Shown: one piece after another, positions 1 through 13,038 of the stretch | Position numbering within the stretch: the stretch's first letter is position 1 | Layout of the letters: the number at the start of each line of letters is the position of its first letter | From: Tubulanus polymorphus | Taxonomy: Eukaryota > Animalia > Nemertea | Assembly (NCBI RefSeq): GCF_964204645.1 | Contig: NC_134032.1 | Coordinates: forward strand, 7,614,275-7,678,274 | DNA: 64,000 bases | Direction: 5' to 3' | Notes under the pieces: generated by a model | What the model was told of the DNA's origin: nothing | Databases searched by the model: none | Seen by the model: the letters and a program-made list of their open reading frames with translations, nothing else | Program-made: the position numbers and the translations under genes

Positions 1-121
1 TGAGTCTATTTCGACAAAATCATCAATATTTTCGATTACTTAAAGGTTTCTCCATTTTTAGTACATGAAAACAAAGTGATTTTTGGGGTATAATTTCATT
101 GCTAGTTCTCTTATTTTACAG

Positions 122-3097
122 GGATGTCTCAACACTACTCTACCAGTTCCTATACATTTCTTTGATATGCGCATCATGGAAATTCGGTAAGGCACAATTT
201 ATCAAATATTTTGTTTGTTCATCTTGCTTGACATCGTTCGATTCTCGGTTTCCCAAGACGTTGACCCTATTGGATTAATCATTTAAACTTACGACGTGAC
301 CGCGGTCTTTGAAGCGTAGTTTGCAGAGCAGCCGGCATGACTCGAACTCACTTGCCACTCAAGCAGTGACATGATTTTCTATTCAAACTTATATGTAGCT
401 ATTAACCTTGTGTCTGTACATAGCCCTCAGACGTTCGACAAACATTCACCCTTTTCCCAAATCATGCTCACCCAGGCGTTGTCGTCCCAATAGCAGTTAC
501 CATGACAATTTTCTTTTTAAATGAAATTGGGTTTCGTGTCGGAACCATGAACAATGAATGTCCGAACATTCACAATTTGGGAAAATGGGTTGGGTCCAGA
601 TATTGCCATCTTCAAAAGATGATTGGCTGAGGGGTTGGTACTAACAGGCATCAGATTGACAGTTGAATAATGTTTTAAGAGATGATATACGAACGGGACT
701 CTTAACTCTCATTGCAGATTCCGTTGTCAGCGTTGAGGAAAGAAGTTTGGACCAGTTTGGCCATATGATGAAAGAATTGACGAAACGTCCGGTTGCAGAT
801 TTTAACAGATATGGCAACTATTGTGGAAAGGGGGGCAGTGGTCGTGTCCTTGATCAGATTGACAGGTATTCAGCACCCAACAATTACGATTACATCACAT
901 TTTGTATGATCCTGCGATGGACAGGTCTACGCTTATTTTCTCAGTTTTTTAAGCCATTGAATTGCTACAAAAATCTACTTCATGCCAATAGACAGAATCT
1001 TCGGCGTTTCGCAGGAATTTACTTTTTTGAGCGGGACGTTCTTTATCTAACACGAACTCAATTTTCGTTGTTAATTAGATTGTTTATAGAACCAAAATGT
1101 AGTTTGACTGGTCATAAGTTGTTAGATTGGTTAAAGGACCAAACCCTCAGTGTAAACAAAATATGTCTTCATGTGGAATTGTTTTATTATCTGATGTTGT
1201 AATGGGTCCAAAAATCAAATTTTTGCAACAAATGAGGTTCGGTTATAACTTTGACACGAAGTCATGCAATCTACTATGTTTATGTGCAAAATGTAGCTTC
1301 ATCATGTGGCTAAAATCTGTTGAAAATGGAATTTGAATATCGCGTTCATTTAAGAGAAATCGACGAATTTGTTGCGATTTTTAAAGAAACTTCAAGGAGC
1401 ATTTTGTTTCATAAAACGGCTAGAAGGCCGATGTACAACGTTACATTGAAGTAAAATTACTGCTCCCTGCAGATGGCCGAGCTCCCGCTGTCAATCAATG
1501 TAAAAGGGCATATTCAATTGACGCAGACAAACCGGTCTACTCATCTATTAATCTGCTCGGTTCTAGTTTCTCGTTTCCCACTTATGGGAGAGTGTCTTAT
1601 ATGTTTATTTTTAATTTGATATCCGTAGTATCGATTCCGTCCCCCCATATCTATTTCATTATGCAAATAACCGAAGATTCACTCGATAGGCTACTTCACG
1701 GAAGATTATACGCGCACAATCGAATAGGCCCAAACCTCGTGTATATCGGTAACTAAAAACTTGAAGCGAGAGTTTCTTTATTGCAAATGAACTAGAACAT
1801 GGCGGATTTAGGTTCCAATTTCCGGTTCTGACTAGCGCCATCAAACGAGTAATTCAAGAACATGAATTTGTCGATATCCCGTATTGCCGCGATGATTGCT
1901 GATTAGATTTCGATGATAGAAATATAACCACACTCAAACGTGGTGAACGGATAATAAGATAAAATCCCACTATTTACAGATTAAAAGAATTTAAAAACCA
2001 GAATTTAACCAGAACTCACCTGACGATGATCTCTAGGGTGAGATCGAAACGTCGTGTCTTTTATATTTTTGATTGAATAAATAAATTCTGGTTTTTAAAC
2101 TTTTTAAATCTGTAAATAGTGGGATTTTATCTTAGATTTCGATGATGTTGTTCACCGAAATCAGTACATTTTACACATCCATGAAGTGTTCAAGGAAAAC
2201 CTTAAAGATGCATCAATCAGATGGCACCTATACATTACAAAGATAACATTCTGCGCCCGAGATATTAAGATCCGTGGATCTCTTGTTCAATATGTATATT
2301 TCATTTTATTCACTAGTTGGTTTCCTAAATAAGAAGTCCCTTGCTAAAAATTTTCAATATATTTTTCTTAAGGTGCTGTAAAGTGCACGATGATTGTTAT
2401 GGTCGTATTGGCAAGAACGAATGTAAAAGCAAGAGTTTTTTCGATTTTCTGTCTACTTCGGTTTATGTGAATAAATACGCGTGGAAAATGCAGAATGGTG
2501 CCATCGTGTGCGGTACGTATCCAACGAGAAATATGCTTTATCCTGATAAAACATCATATTAACCCTTACGTTGCGTTTTGCGTTTTGAAAATTAGTTTCC
2601 TTAAATTCAATACAAAATGTGTGCCTCCGTTTTGAGGGTACAATGAAGCAAACCATTGATGAAACATTTTTGAGTCATTGTTGTAAAAATACATTTAATA
2701 TAAAATCCCACAATTCGAATAAGAGAGTCCTGAATGTTATCATTTAGTTTTGTTTTATTTGGGCTTTTATAATATAAATCTTTGCACTTGAGAATTAAAA
2801 GAGTCTGAACTATTTCCTTGAGGTAGTTTATTCCACATTTCGACTAGATCGTAATAATCATCGTAATTATAGCCACATCCAACTGCATACGCTGCAAAAG
2901 GGTTAAACTAATCAATAATAGCCATATCTATCGTATTCTCTTTACATCTATTAGAATCAAGTAATTCGAAATGTGATATGGTGTTGTGTGAATGCGACAA
3001 GGCTGCTGCCGAGTGCTTCAAGAAAAATTTGCGTTTTTACAACCCGGCCAGGAAAGCGACGAGTTTGTTGGATCCATTCATCCACGCATACTACTAA
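122..3097 (+). CDS. Secreted phospholipase A2 (group I/II/V/X-type fold); exons 122-186, 718-865, 2373-2512, 2955-3097; start codon probably split (AT|G) with an exon upstream of the window
   Basis: GT-AG splice phases join into (M)DVSTLLYQFLYISLICASWKFDSVVSVEER|SLDQFGHMM...YGNYCGKGGSG...DRCCKVHDDCY...IVCESSNSKCDMVLCECDKAAAECF...HAYY*. Signal-like N-terminus, Ca-binding loop, catalytic HD dyad and CECD motif; AATAAA at 3125-3130. Confidence 0.93.
1918..2131. mobile_element. Penelope-like element pseudo-LTR remnant with inverted partial duplication, in a PLA2 intron
   Basis: 15-bp direct repeat TTAGATTTCGATGAT at 1903-1917 and 2132-2146; ~53-bp inverted arms (~1955-2007 and ~2082-2134); internal hammerhead motif followed by AATAAA; left arm recurs at 18153-18226. 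Confidence 0.7.
2017..2056 (+). ncRNA. Minimal type I hammerhead ribozyme (Penelope-type)
   Basis: CAC-CTGACGA-T-GATCTC-TAGGGT-GAGATC-GAAA-C-GTC-GTG: CUGANGA core, perfect 6-bp stem II, GAAA, minimal palindromic stem III (ACGT), GUC cleavage triplet, 3-bp stem I CAC/GTG. Confidence 0.75.
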
Positions 3098-3370
3098 AAC
3101 AACGTAATAGATGTGACCCGCCGCAATAAATACACGTTGAGTCTTCGTCACTGAGTTGATCATTATATATTTTGAAAAAATGTTTCGGGACCTGTAGTTC
3201 TTCACTCTCACTCTTCATGGTGACTTAAACTCTGGTCTAGGGTTAGGGTTAGGGGTAACCAACTTGAGCTTTAGATTGGTCCTTTTGTTAGATTGGTTTT
3301 TGAATTTAGATGAGTTAGATTCGTTATCGAATCAGAGCGAGCTGGTCTTAAGCTGTTCTATTAGCTTTTA

Positions 3371-4014
3371 GGCCCTGCAAAGTTGATACCTTATTGTTTC
3401 TCATCAAATCGCGAGCAGCGTCACCTCCGAAAGCCATGATAAAAAGAAAAAAAGAATGTCCGAAACCCGCATCAGATTGTTTATGGTCGGTTCTTTCTTT
3501 TTAAAATAAAAACACCTGACGCCCGCGCGATGATGCGTTGTGCAGTTTTCGTTTTGATGCAGTTCGCTTTTATCGATAGTTAGTATTGTATATCAGTAAT
3601 GAACCAGTCAATCAAGAGAAAAATCGGCTCAGTGTTATTTAGTCTATTCAGAGTTTAGATAAGAATGACATTCCCAGCCATTCAGAAAATGATTGGGCAT
3701 GTGACCCTGGAGATAAATTGCCATTGTGGACTGCATTTGAAATTTTGTAGTTTCGATGTTTTAGATAAGAAAATGAGCAAATGAACGCGTGTCTTGGTTC
3801 TGCCCACTTGACCTTCTATGGATCGGGATTCTCGTATAAATGTATTGCACAGTCAATAATTTTTCGGATTTAAAAAGAAAAAACCTCCCGCCCTCGTCTC
3901 CTTGGAAAATACGAGTTTATTTCCACTTTTTTTCTGAACAGCTCGTAACTAAAAAATCCGCCCGCCCTCGCCTTGTCTAGAAAAGAGGTTTTAAGGTATC
4001 AACTTTGAAGGGCC
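3371..4014. mobile_element. MITE, PIF/Harbinger-like
   Basis: TIRs GGCCCTGCAAAGTTGATACCTTA / TAAGGTATCAACTTTGAAGGGCC; TTA on both flanks (3368-3370, 4015-4017). Confidence 0.75.
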
Positions 4015-4155
4015 TTAAACCAGAAAGAGCTTTGAATGATCGCAAGTTGTTAGATTGATAATACGTACATTGTAGAACCAATATGAGCGAAGACTGCTCT
4101 AAAGTTGTTGAATTGAACCGAAACCGAAATGAGCTTAGAATGGTTTTAAGAAAAT

Positions 4156-4340
4156 AACAAGAGGCACATGGGTGCTGTTGGGTCTAGAAGATTTGTTGTG
4201 TCCTCTGACTTTCCTCTATTGCTGTTCTTACTAATGCTGCACCACTGGGTCTTCCTTTTTTCTCATGAAGATATACAGTGCACTAAAGTATTTCACACTG
4301 ATCACACTGTTTCTTTTATTCTTCTTCCTACTCTTACATT
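4156..4340 (+). repeat. Dispersed repeat (Helentron/HINE-like family) shared with 36760-37075
   Basis: TTGTGTCCTCTGACT...CTTCCTTTTTTCTCA..AGATATA.AGTGC is present at ~4196-4281 and ~36926-37011; both copies begin AAC(A/T)AGAGG. Confidence 0.55.
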
Positions 4341-4819
4341 ACTTTCTGTTTTCTCTTCCTCCCCCTCTACCTCAAGAACCTTAGACTTATATACTTATAT
4401 GTACATTTTTCACATTCCCAAATCATGACCTCACCCCAAACCATGACCTCACCCGCTTCTAACCTTACCCTATTTGGTATGTTCAATCCCTGCTACTTCC
4501 GTTCTACTGCCTCCTAAACTACGCTCACCATACCTTGTTAGTCCTTTTATTTTATCAAATATAGCATCTAAATGCACTTCCGTCTTTCTCACAAACTCCC
4601 ACCTTGTAATCCTTCAGTGTGAGCATCAGCACACATCTAATGTGCGCTATATGCACATACACTATCTACTCATATACAATATTGAATTGAATTGAAATAT
4701 ATCTCTATAACTATTAGCCCTACGTACAGAAGCATTGGTAGATTATATACTGTGGTAAAGCATAAATGGTTAATGTTTTACATTTGCCGGAACATGTTCA
4801 ATTACGACGATGTTGTTTT

Positions 4820-5348
4820 GTAGGACCGCAGACTTAAGGTCAATTTGTCGAAAATGAATTTCATTTTTTTGCCGAACGATTGAGCCTACGCTAATTGTAT
4901 AGTTAAAACCCCCATTTGGGCGATTCTGTTAACAGACGAAACTTGTTTACTCCGAAGTTTTCCTGCGTGTCCCAACTGAGATATATATATCAATCAAGAT
5001 AAGAAAATACGAAAACCCATTCAATACAACAATATCGGCAATGCATACAAGATTCGTATGAACGACGTACAACTGCAAGGGTAATCTCGACGACTGTTTT
5101 TCTTGCAGGAATTCATACTATTAGGCCACAATTGCCGATTAATGAAAACAAAAATAGAACGATTTTTCTGAATGCAAAATCCTTAGTGATGCACAATAGG
5201 TGTACGTAGATCATCCGACCATAAACAAACGTACGCATCAAAACGTCGCACAAAGAGCATGCCGGCGTATAGTAATGTCGAGGCAGGCTGGTGAATAATT
5301 CAATTCAAAAATATTACTGCGGCGGCAAATAACCATCGCGATATTGCA
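4820..5348 (+). repeat. Dispersed repeat, second copy at ~52494-53124
   Basis: Shared blocks GACC.CAGACTTAAG, TATATCAATCAAGAT, AAGGGTAATCTCGA, AACGTACGCATCAAAA.GTCGCACA and GGCAAATAACCATCGCGATATTGCA. Confidence 0.75.
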
Positions 5349-7870
5349 CATAGGGCCAAATCTACGATAAATAACGTATGGATAAGATCTTTGTAGTGTT
5401 CGTAAGTGTTCGTTTTTTCCCAACGCGATATTTACGAAGCAAATCTATCTGCCGAGTGCGTAGGGGCCACCGCCTCGCGCGTTTGCAGGAGGCTGGCTGG
5501 GAATTTCAATGAAAACTTATCTTAGAATATAGCCGAACCCATGACATTCTGCGAACCAAACAATCCTGGCTTTCAGCGGATATACTGCCGATAGCGTGAT
5601 GAGAAAAATGGATAACAATAAACAAGAAAAAAAACAGCGCCTGAGAGCGATGGATACTAATCACGAGTCTGTTTAAGCAGTTCTTAACACGGATTTTCGT
5701 CCTTACAATAAACTGTCAGTCCGCTGATTGATGATACAACATGGCGCACTTAACAACGATATTTTCCTCTGATAAACAACTCCGGTTAAATTGAATAACA
5801 TTATCTATCTTTATTGGTGATATGATAATTTTTTTGCGCAGGAATGTGCCCTTTTCTGGCAAATATAATACCTGTCCTGTGAAAATCCTGGCTACGGGGC
5901 GTTGAAAGTCACAGAAAAATTGGACCCAAGATCCGCGACAATGCGGACATATCACTACGCGAGTGCTTAATCCCCACTCATCCATCACATAACTAACGAG
6001 CAAAATGCGATAGAATAACTTTTTGGACCATTGAATATTTAAAAAAAATCTGACGATGCTATGTTGTGGGAATAATCGAAACATTATGTTTGAGTCATTT
6101 TCTGCTATATCTACTTGAGATGATTTTATACCTTGGGTTTGGCCTTTAGAGAAACAACAATGTCAACAGACTGATAGGTACCATAATCAACCATATTCGA
6201 TCGCAAAAATCGGATGCATTTAAAACGCCACTGTTATGAAATGTTCCATGGTTCGGATACATCTCGGTCATACAATTCGACCAATGTTTACTTGAAGTAA
6301 CGCAACCAATCAAAATGAAATAGTAATCGAAAACAGGCTAGCAATATTGTCACGCCATCCTATCTTAATCATTGTATTAATATTTGTAGAGAAAAAAACA
6401 ATTCAAATTGAGTAATTAGTTGTACTTAATCAGATAATTGTGATTGGCCATTGGCACGCCATACAAATTTTGATGCAAAATCTGTAATCGCAGTCATTGG
6501 GCAAATAAATTTGATCAGTGTGAACCCTGTTTAACCTGCAAGATGATCGACAATGGCAAGCTCTGGAAATCTTACTTTATCACTTGTTTCGATGGCTTCT
6601 TGCAAATTTCTCCATCAGTAGTACTCAGGTCAGAACTCTCCAGTGCTCGTTGCAGCTTTTTGCTAGCTTCTTGATAATTTTCTGTAAATATAAGTACAGC
6701 ATATAATTTCAAAGTCGTATATAAAGTTGACTATAAAATTAAGTGCTTACCACATCTACGTAGCAAGCGGTATGGAAACACATCTACCCAACTTTCTTCG
6801 GGAACAATTGGTTGCCTCACAGCGTCGTTGAATTTCTTGAAGCCAGTTTATATGGAGGCCAGTGGCAAAGACTTCTTCCCGACTCTTCGAAACGCCAGCA
6901 TTCCGGAATAACCTCGCTTTCCAGGCAATTAGGTCCGTGAAACTCAACTACCAAAAAACCCATAACCTAGAATAAAATTTTGCACAATAAAACATGTGCA
7001 TCTGTGATCTGGATTCACCACATAATTTAAAGTAAAGAAATCATAGCTTGGCAAATGTGTATAGGGAAGGAAGTGGGTCGAAGCAGGCCTAGTACGTACA
7101 CACCGTTTGATGCCTTTTTTGTTACAGCATTTAAAACCAACTTGCTTCAACACAATAAACCAGATACAATCTTATCATGAGGCTTTAACAATCACGATGA
7201 TTGTGGCCATTGTGATTGTGGCCACATGGGCTGAATTAAGAAGGTATAATGACTTCTTTAGGTTGTCCAGATAAGCTTATCTAAGTATCGAAGCTGAAAA
7301 TTTGCCTCGATTGAGTAGGTTTCACTGATAAAACGGTAGTTACCATTAATACATATATCACCGAAAATCATAACACATACGTACAGGGGTAGGGTAAATT
7401 TGAATTTTAAAGCAAAACCTGTAGACGATACCATGGTTTTACATAAACACATGCTGATTTTTTGGCTAAGCCAATCATAGAAAAGACTTAGCTTTCTGAT
7501 AGGCTGTTTAAGATTGATAATTTGCGTTCAGATTTTTGCAAAAAAAAACTCCTGTTAATTTTACTAAGACCCTGTTTTTCAAAATTCAGCTTCTGTTAAT
7601 ATAATGTTTGAATGCAAATAAACGTTCAGTTGCACGGTGAAAAAGCCTTTTCGTAAACCATTTCATTCAAATTAGCTCTAATTGTATACAGTCAACCCCG
7701 TACAAGTCTTAGCCCTCGGGACTGACGACTTTTCTACGACTTACGTGACGTACGAGTAACATGTAAGTCGTATTTTTACGAGTTATCTATAACAGGGATG
7801 AAAATCTGGACGAGAAAAAGTGAACGCAATGACCTGCTGGACTAATGTCTCAAGTGAGATGAAATTAAAA

Positions 7871-9330
7871 TTATAACTGATGCAACAAAGGTAATGCAAC
7901 AAATCTGTCTTTGTGTGGAAGAAGTACGCACTTCGTTGTTTCTATTGGAGAGACTGCAATAAATCTTCTACTAAGCTGAGAACCCTGCCGTATTCCCAAA
8001 GATTTCATCGGATATGCGAAGACATTATCTTGCTGGGTGAATTTTTCAATTAAAACTTTAACCTCAATGCCTTCTTGGTACGATAGGATGTTTCGCACAA
8101 GAGCAATTTCATCAGAAAGCAGCACACGGTTGACTGGATGATCCACTTTGATCACAGATTTGTTGTCAACGAATTTTTCAAACTGTTTACAACTTGATGT
8201 TGCATAGCGCACTGGCAATGGGCCATTGTGATGCTCCCCCAAGGTTGAATAACCACAATCTAAACTAGAGGTGGGTCTGATCAAATTCTGTTTTCCACTT
8301 AATCGGCGAATTAGTTGCTGCAAAGGCAGCCGAGCATTTCTAACCTGGCCTTTTAATCTTCCCCAAATAATTTTCAAAAGGAAATGCTGAGAAATCATCG
8401 AGGGGTCCATGCATTCTTACCTATGCCTCTAAATGTACTAAATTATGTACATTGTAAACAACAGCGTCAGGTCCATTAAGTTCAGAAAAATGTGCAACAA
8501 AGAGATCATGTGCATATTGGATAAAATGTTCATCAATGCAACATTGAGGACTACACAAAATATTAATGGCCGTTGATAATAATAAAAAATTTCCTGTACA
8601 AGTTGATGCAGGACAACAATACCAGTATACAATAGAAACTGTCTGTACTCAGTGGCTTTCTAATATACCAACTCATAAATGGCCTTAATCAGTTCGTAAA
8701 GGGACATTAAAATTGGGAAAAAGTCACGCGATTGCTTGAATATACACCTTTAGTTGTACACTTTTCACAGCCATGATAACATGTGTGCGATTTGATGCAT
8801 TTTACAAATGCCCTAGCTGGGGCATCACAAATGAATGAGTTGATTCAAAGAAAAACAATTATTTCATTGTACTGAAAACCATAATTACAAAGATGTGTCA
8901 TTTCTGCGATGAACTTTAGTCTTAAATTCTGTATCACTGGGTTTGGAAGATCATGAAAAACTCCGACTGCAAAAGGTGACCCGAAGACCGAATAATTCCT
9001 ATCGAATGATAAAACTCAAACGAGAATGGGCCAAAACTGATCATTTTTGCTTTTGTGCAATGGTAGCACTTCTACGTTAATTTGGATTTCACAAAATGTA
9101 TCAACATCGAATATAATGTTTTGCTCTTGGAAAAAGGATATTCGCTGATTTTGTACACCAAAATGGTAAAAAGAACCACCAGAAATACTATCAATATTGT
9201 ATGAAACTTGGGTTTCAAGCAATATCCTTGGGTCTTTGGGCAAGGATAGATTATGTTCATTTAACAGCGATAATAAATCTTTCATTGCTATAACCGTAAC
9301 GTTATTTTCCTGTGCCCACTGGCGTAACGA
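7871..9330 (-). pseudogene. Degraded CACTA/EnSpm-type (CMC) transposase
   Basis: Broken frames read LPKDPRILL...GGSFYHFG...INV.VLPLHKSKNDQFWPIL, FICDAPARAFVKCIKSHTCYHGCEKC, *KATEYRQFLLYTG, VYNVHNLVHL, FSAFPFENYLG, PLQQLIRRL; multiple stops and frameshifts. Confidence 0.82.
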
Positions 9331-9961
9331 TTATTTTAATGGTAATGTTTACCTGGAAGTATTGTTGAACTAGACATAGCTGCCTGTAATTACAACACCA
9401 GATAAATCACTTCATACAGCGATTCAATACTATAATAGCTAGGTTATTCGAGTTGGAAATTGTATTGTCATGCGATAAATGCTTACTGAACAATGAACGA
9501 ATGAAGTTAACAGAGGATTGAAAGCGATTTCCACACAAAGAAGGCACACAGAAAATGAACAATGAAAATGGCGATTAGCGTGACCTCTTGACGGCGAGAT
9601 AGATGGCGAAGGTCGATACATCAATTCAATTCAATTGATCCCGCGAAGTGTTCCAATGGAATTCACTCACTTTTCAGATATAGACGTTTTGTGGAAGTCG
9701 GGCCAACAGCAGTAACTGTATATATCTTGTTTCAGATCAAGGTCGCACGCTCGTATTTATTTTCATTTTTTATTCACTCAACCCTTCAACCTTTAATCTG
9801 AAACAAGATATAAACAATTACTCTAATATTTATATATGTGATATTTATATATATTATTTCAATTTATATATGATAATTTTAATTTTAGTAAAAAATTGTT
9901 ATTGATATGGAGAGTAAACAAATACACAATGAGAACAAATCATTTCTAACAAAAATTAAAG

Positions 9962-11073
9962 ATACTACAAATGCTAAATCAGTAGACTATAGATTTAAAA
10001 CGTAAACAGAATTAACAATTCATGAGAAATATTTAATTTAAAAATATTGAAACAATTACTAATAAATATGGATATAAATTAGTAATTCATTTAGAATATG
10101 AAGGATTAAAAGGAAATAATTATAAATGCAGAACATATTTACCAGATAGATTTCATAGATTATCTAGTGAAGATATTGAAGAATTATGTTCTGATGATTT
10201 CCATTTCATATATAAAGGTAATAACGAAAAAGGGCACCATGATATATATTTCGAATAGAAAACATGTAAAATAAATGCAAGATAAATTAAAAGAATACAG
10301 ATTATATGTTGATTCTAGAAGCCTTACAAATTATAAATCTCATAATACAATTAGATAGAGAATTTAAAAATTGCGTTGATTTAAAATTAGTAAATGTAAG
10401 TTTATGTTACTCTTGTAACGCCCGATAGGCTCTATGTGATTAGCCAGTGCTGCCACCTGTGGTGTGCGCCGGAAGTGAGAAGTTTTTCAGTTGGAGTGGC
10501 AGATTTAATAATTTGTTATACTACAAATGCTAAATCAGTAGACTATAGATTTAAAACGTAAACATAATTAACAATTCATGAGAAATATTTAATTCAAAAA
10601 TATTGAAACAATTACTAATAAATATGGATATAAATTAGTAATTCATTAAGAATATGAAGGATTAAAAGGAAATAATTATAAATGCAGAACATATTTACCA
10701 GATAGATTTCATAGATTATCTAGTGAAGATATTGAAGAATTATGTTCTGATGATTTCTATTTCATATATGAAGGTAAGAACGAAAAAGGGCACCATGATA
10801 TATATTTCGAATAGAAAATATGTAAAATAAATGCAAGATAAATTAAAAGAATACAGATTATATGTTGATTCTAGAAGACTTACAAATTATAAATCTCATA
10901 ATACAATTAGATAGAGAATTTAAAAATTGCGTTGATTTAAAATTAGTAAATGTAAGTTTATGTTACTCTTGTAAAGCCCGATAGGCTCTATGTGATTAGC
11001 CAGTGCTGCCACCTGTGGTGTGCGCCGGAAGTGAGAAGCTTTTCAGTTGGAGTGGCAGATTTAATAATTTGTT
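9962..11073 (+). repeat. 556-bp tandem duplication (9962-10517 / 10518-11073)
   Basis: Both units start ATACTACAAATGCTAAATCAG and end GGCAGATTTAATAATTTGTT; near-identical. Confidence 0.92.
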
Positions 11074-11482
11074 CGGTAGTTATTTGGAGAAAACACGACG
11101 GTAAGCATTTCTATGCATTTAAAGTTTGTTTGTTAAAGATAATGGTTTTTTGGTGTATCATTTAAGCGTAAATATTGCTTTGTAAGATGTTTCACGTAGC
11201 CAGGAAGGGTGATTTTGCGAGATATTCATATGACCTTGACCTTCCATTTTAGGTGAAATGTTTTTTGGACAAACCATTTACTATTGTAATTTTTGTATTT
11301 TCAGTCAATCGTAATCGTACTCGTATTCGTATGCGTACTCGTATTCGCATTCGTATATTTCATTAGAACGAATTGACGCTGTTTGACATAATGAAAATTA
11401 GAATCATGGAAAATAAACTTGAATACCGTAACTGAATTTTATGGACTTATTCGTTAATCATATGGCAATATCTATCCCTACA
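10970..11482 (+). mobile_element. Solo LTR (513 bp; possibly BEL/Pao-like)
   Basis: TGTA...TACA ends; 5-bp TSD ACTCT (10965-10969, 11483-11487); internal AATAAA; removal restores CYS-FYNI in the host ORF; partial copy at 10414-10517. Confidence 0.8.
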
Positions 11483-12049
11483 ACTCTTTTTATAATATAT
11501 CGGATAAAACTATTGAACATCGTCTTTTTAATTCATGATAGAAGTAAAAATAAATGGTTTCATCTATATCTAAAAGCAGGATTATATAATTTAGATACAT
11601 TATCTCAAGAAATCAATAGAAGAGCTCGGTCAAAAATGGGTGCATCTGCTGGATTTGGACAAAGACTTATTAAAAGCGATAGCTCATATAAAATAAGACT
11701 AAAGTTTTAGTCAAAAACATTAGCTAAAATTTTAGGAATAACCCCAGATGTAAGGATACGTAACAATGATACTACACACCAAATTTAATACCTTTTACGC
11801 ATTTTTATATTTATCGCAATTTAATTGACCCTTCAAAAACATTTGAAGCAAATGAAAGTACAACTGTTAATTCTAACTTGCAGCTTTCAGATGCTAAAAA
11901 TAACAAAATATGAGTCAATTTTTAAAGGGATATTTGTAATACTATTATAAGCGTATTTCGAGTACGTTTTATCGAATCGTATTCAAATGCTTTGTCTTCG
12001 TATAAAGCGTAGCTATTCATAAAACTGTATTACTTATCTCGTTTTCGAA

Positions 12050-13038
12050 CAGCGGTGCAAAAGCATTTTTTGAAGAGAGAATAGTCCAAACGTCTTTACT
12101 CTCTAACCCTTGAAAATGACCATAGAATTGAACACCACTAACTCGAAACCAAAACCATCTTTCCCCTTAGCAATTTCTCGAAATAGAATTTAAGTGCAAA
12201 CACCATTTTTTTTCTATTTCAATTTATTGTATCCATGTGTTCTGCTCATAAATCGATGGGTTGACAGTATCCAGAAGTGTTCATGCAGTTCTTCTTGAAA
12301 TGTTCAGTGTAGGAATTGAAATCGCAGTATGTTTTCATAACGTTACGGTTAGGCTGGAAATAAACAAAATCAGGTTCGGATTAAGTTTGAGTTAGGTCTC
12401 TGGATCCGGTTGAACAATGTTTCAGTAAGATCTACTGATCCAGTTCCAAGTGAGTTGGTTAAAAGAAAAATGTGAGATAAAATCAGTCATTTTCAATGAG
12501 CTAACTCCGAGTCAAATCATTTCCCGGAACAGTCAAACTGGGTCCTTGATGCAAAGTTCATGACAAGTAAACGTTAATAAGATATTTTCAATACAAATTA
12601 TGAATAATCCCGATTCCGATGAAGTATGTGAGACAAAGAATCGCTGCACGCCATACAGGGCACTGTTAGCGGGTTCGTTGGTTCTGTATTTCAAAATAAC
12701 GAGGAAACAGAAAAATCTGGTTGTGAGCCAAACCCCGATATCTGGGTTTACTGGTGTTCGAATCGACCGCCTCGGTTGTTATACGTCAATCGCTATATCA
12801 ACCTGACTGGAAAAAATAATATGTCATCGCTTACTCGTCTTAGTCCCGACAAATGATTTTATCTACTCACATGGCACAATTGTATCGCCAACACTAAGAA
12901 TATCCAGAAAAGGAGACTGTGTATATCATTCGTAGATAGTATCACACGTGCTCAGTCTGATCGAATCGAACTTACCCACAAAGGAAGCACGTCCTTTTAC
13001 AAAGGACGTGCTCTTTAAAAAAAGCTTTTGCGCCGCTG
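12050..13038. mobile_element. Non-autonomous TIR element (Tc1/mariner-like ends)
   Basis: TIRs CAGCGGTGCAAAAGCATTTTTTGAAGAG / CTCTTTAAAAAAAGCTTTTGCGCCGCTG; TA on the right flank, AA on the left. Confidence 0.6.

Larger units (their letters stand above)
9907..11913 (+). mobile_element. Maverick/Polinton-derived segment: small ORF plus minor-capsid (penton)-like gene, decayed
   Basis: Very AT-rich intronless tandem ORFs: ...ITNKYGYKLVIHL...TYLPDRF...FIYKG, then MQDKLKEYRLYVDS...LVNVSLCYS|FYNISDK...LYLKAGLYNLDTL (penton-like S.YNI and G.Y motifs). Same composition as the integrase/ATPase block at 15-16 kb. Confidence 0.55.

Noticed and set aside
663-1202. 179-aa single-exon ORF
   Set aside because: Only 718-865 is PLA2 exon; the rest is intron read-through.
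3237-3255. TTAGGG telomere-like repeats
   Set aside because: Only 2-3 units, too short to call an interstitial telomere.
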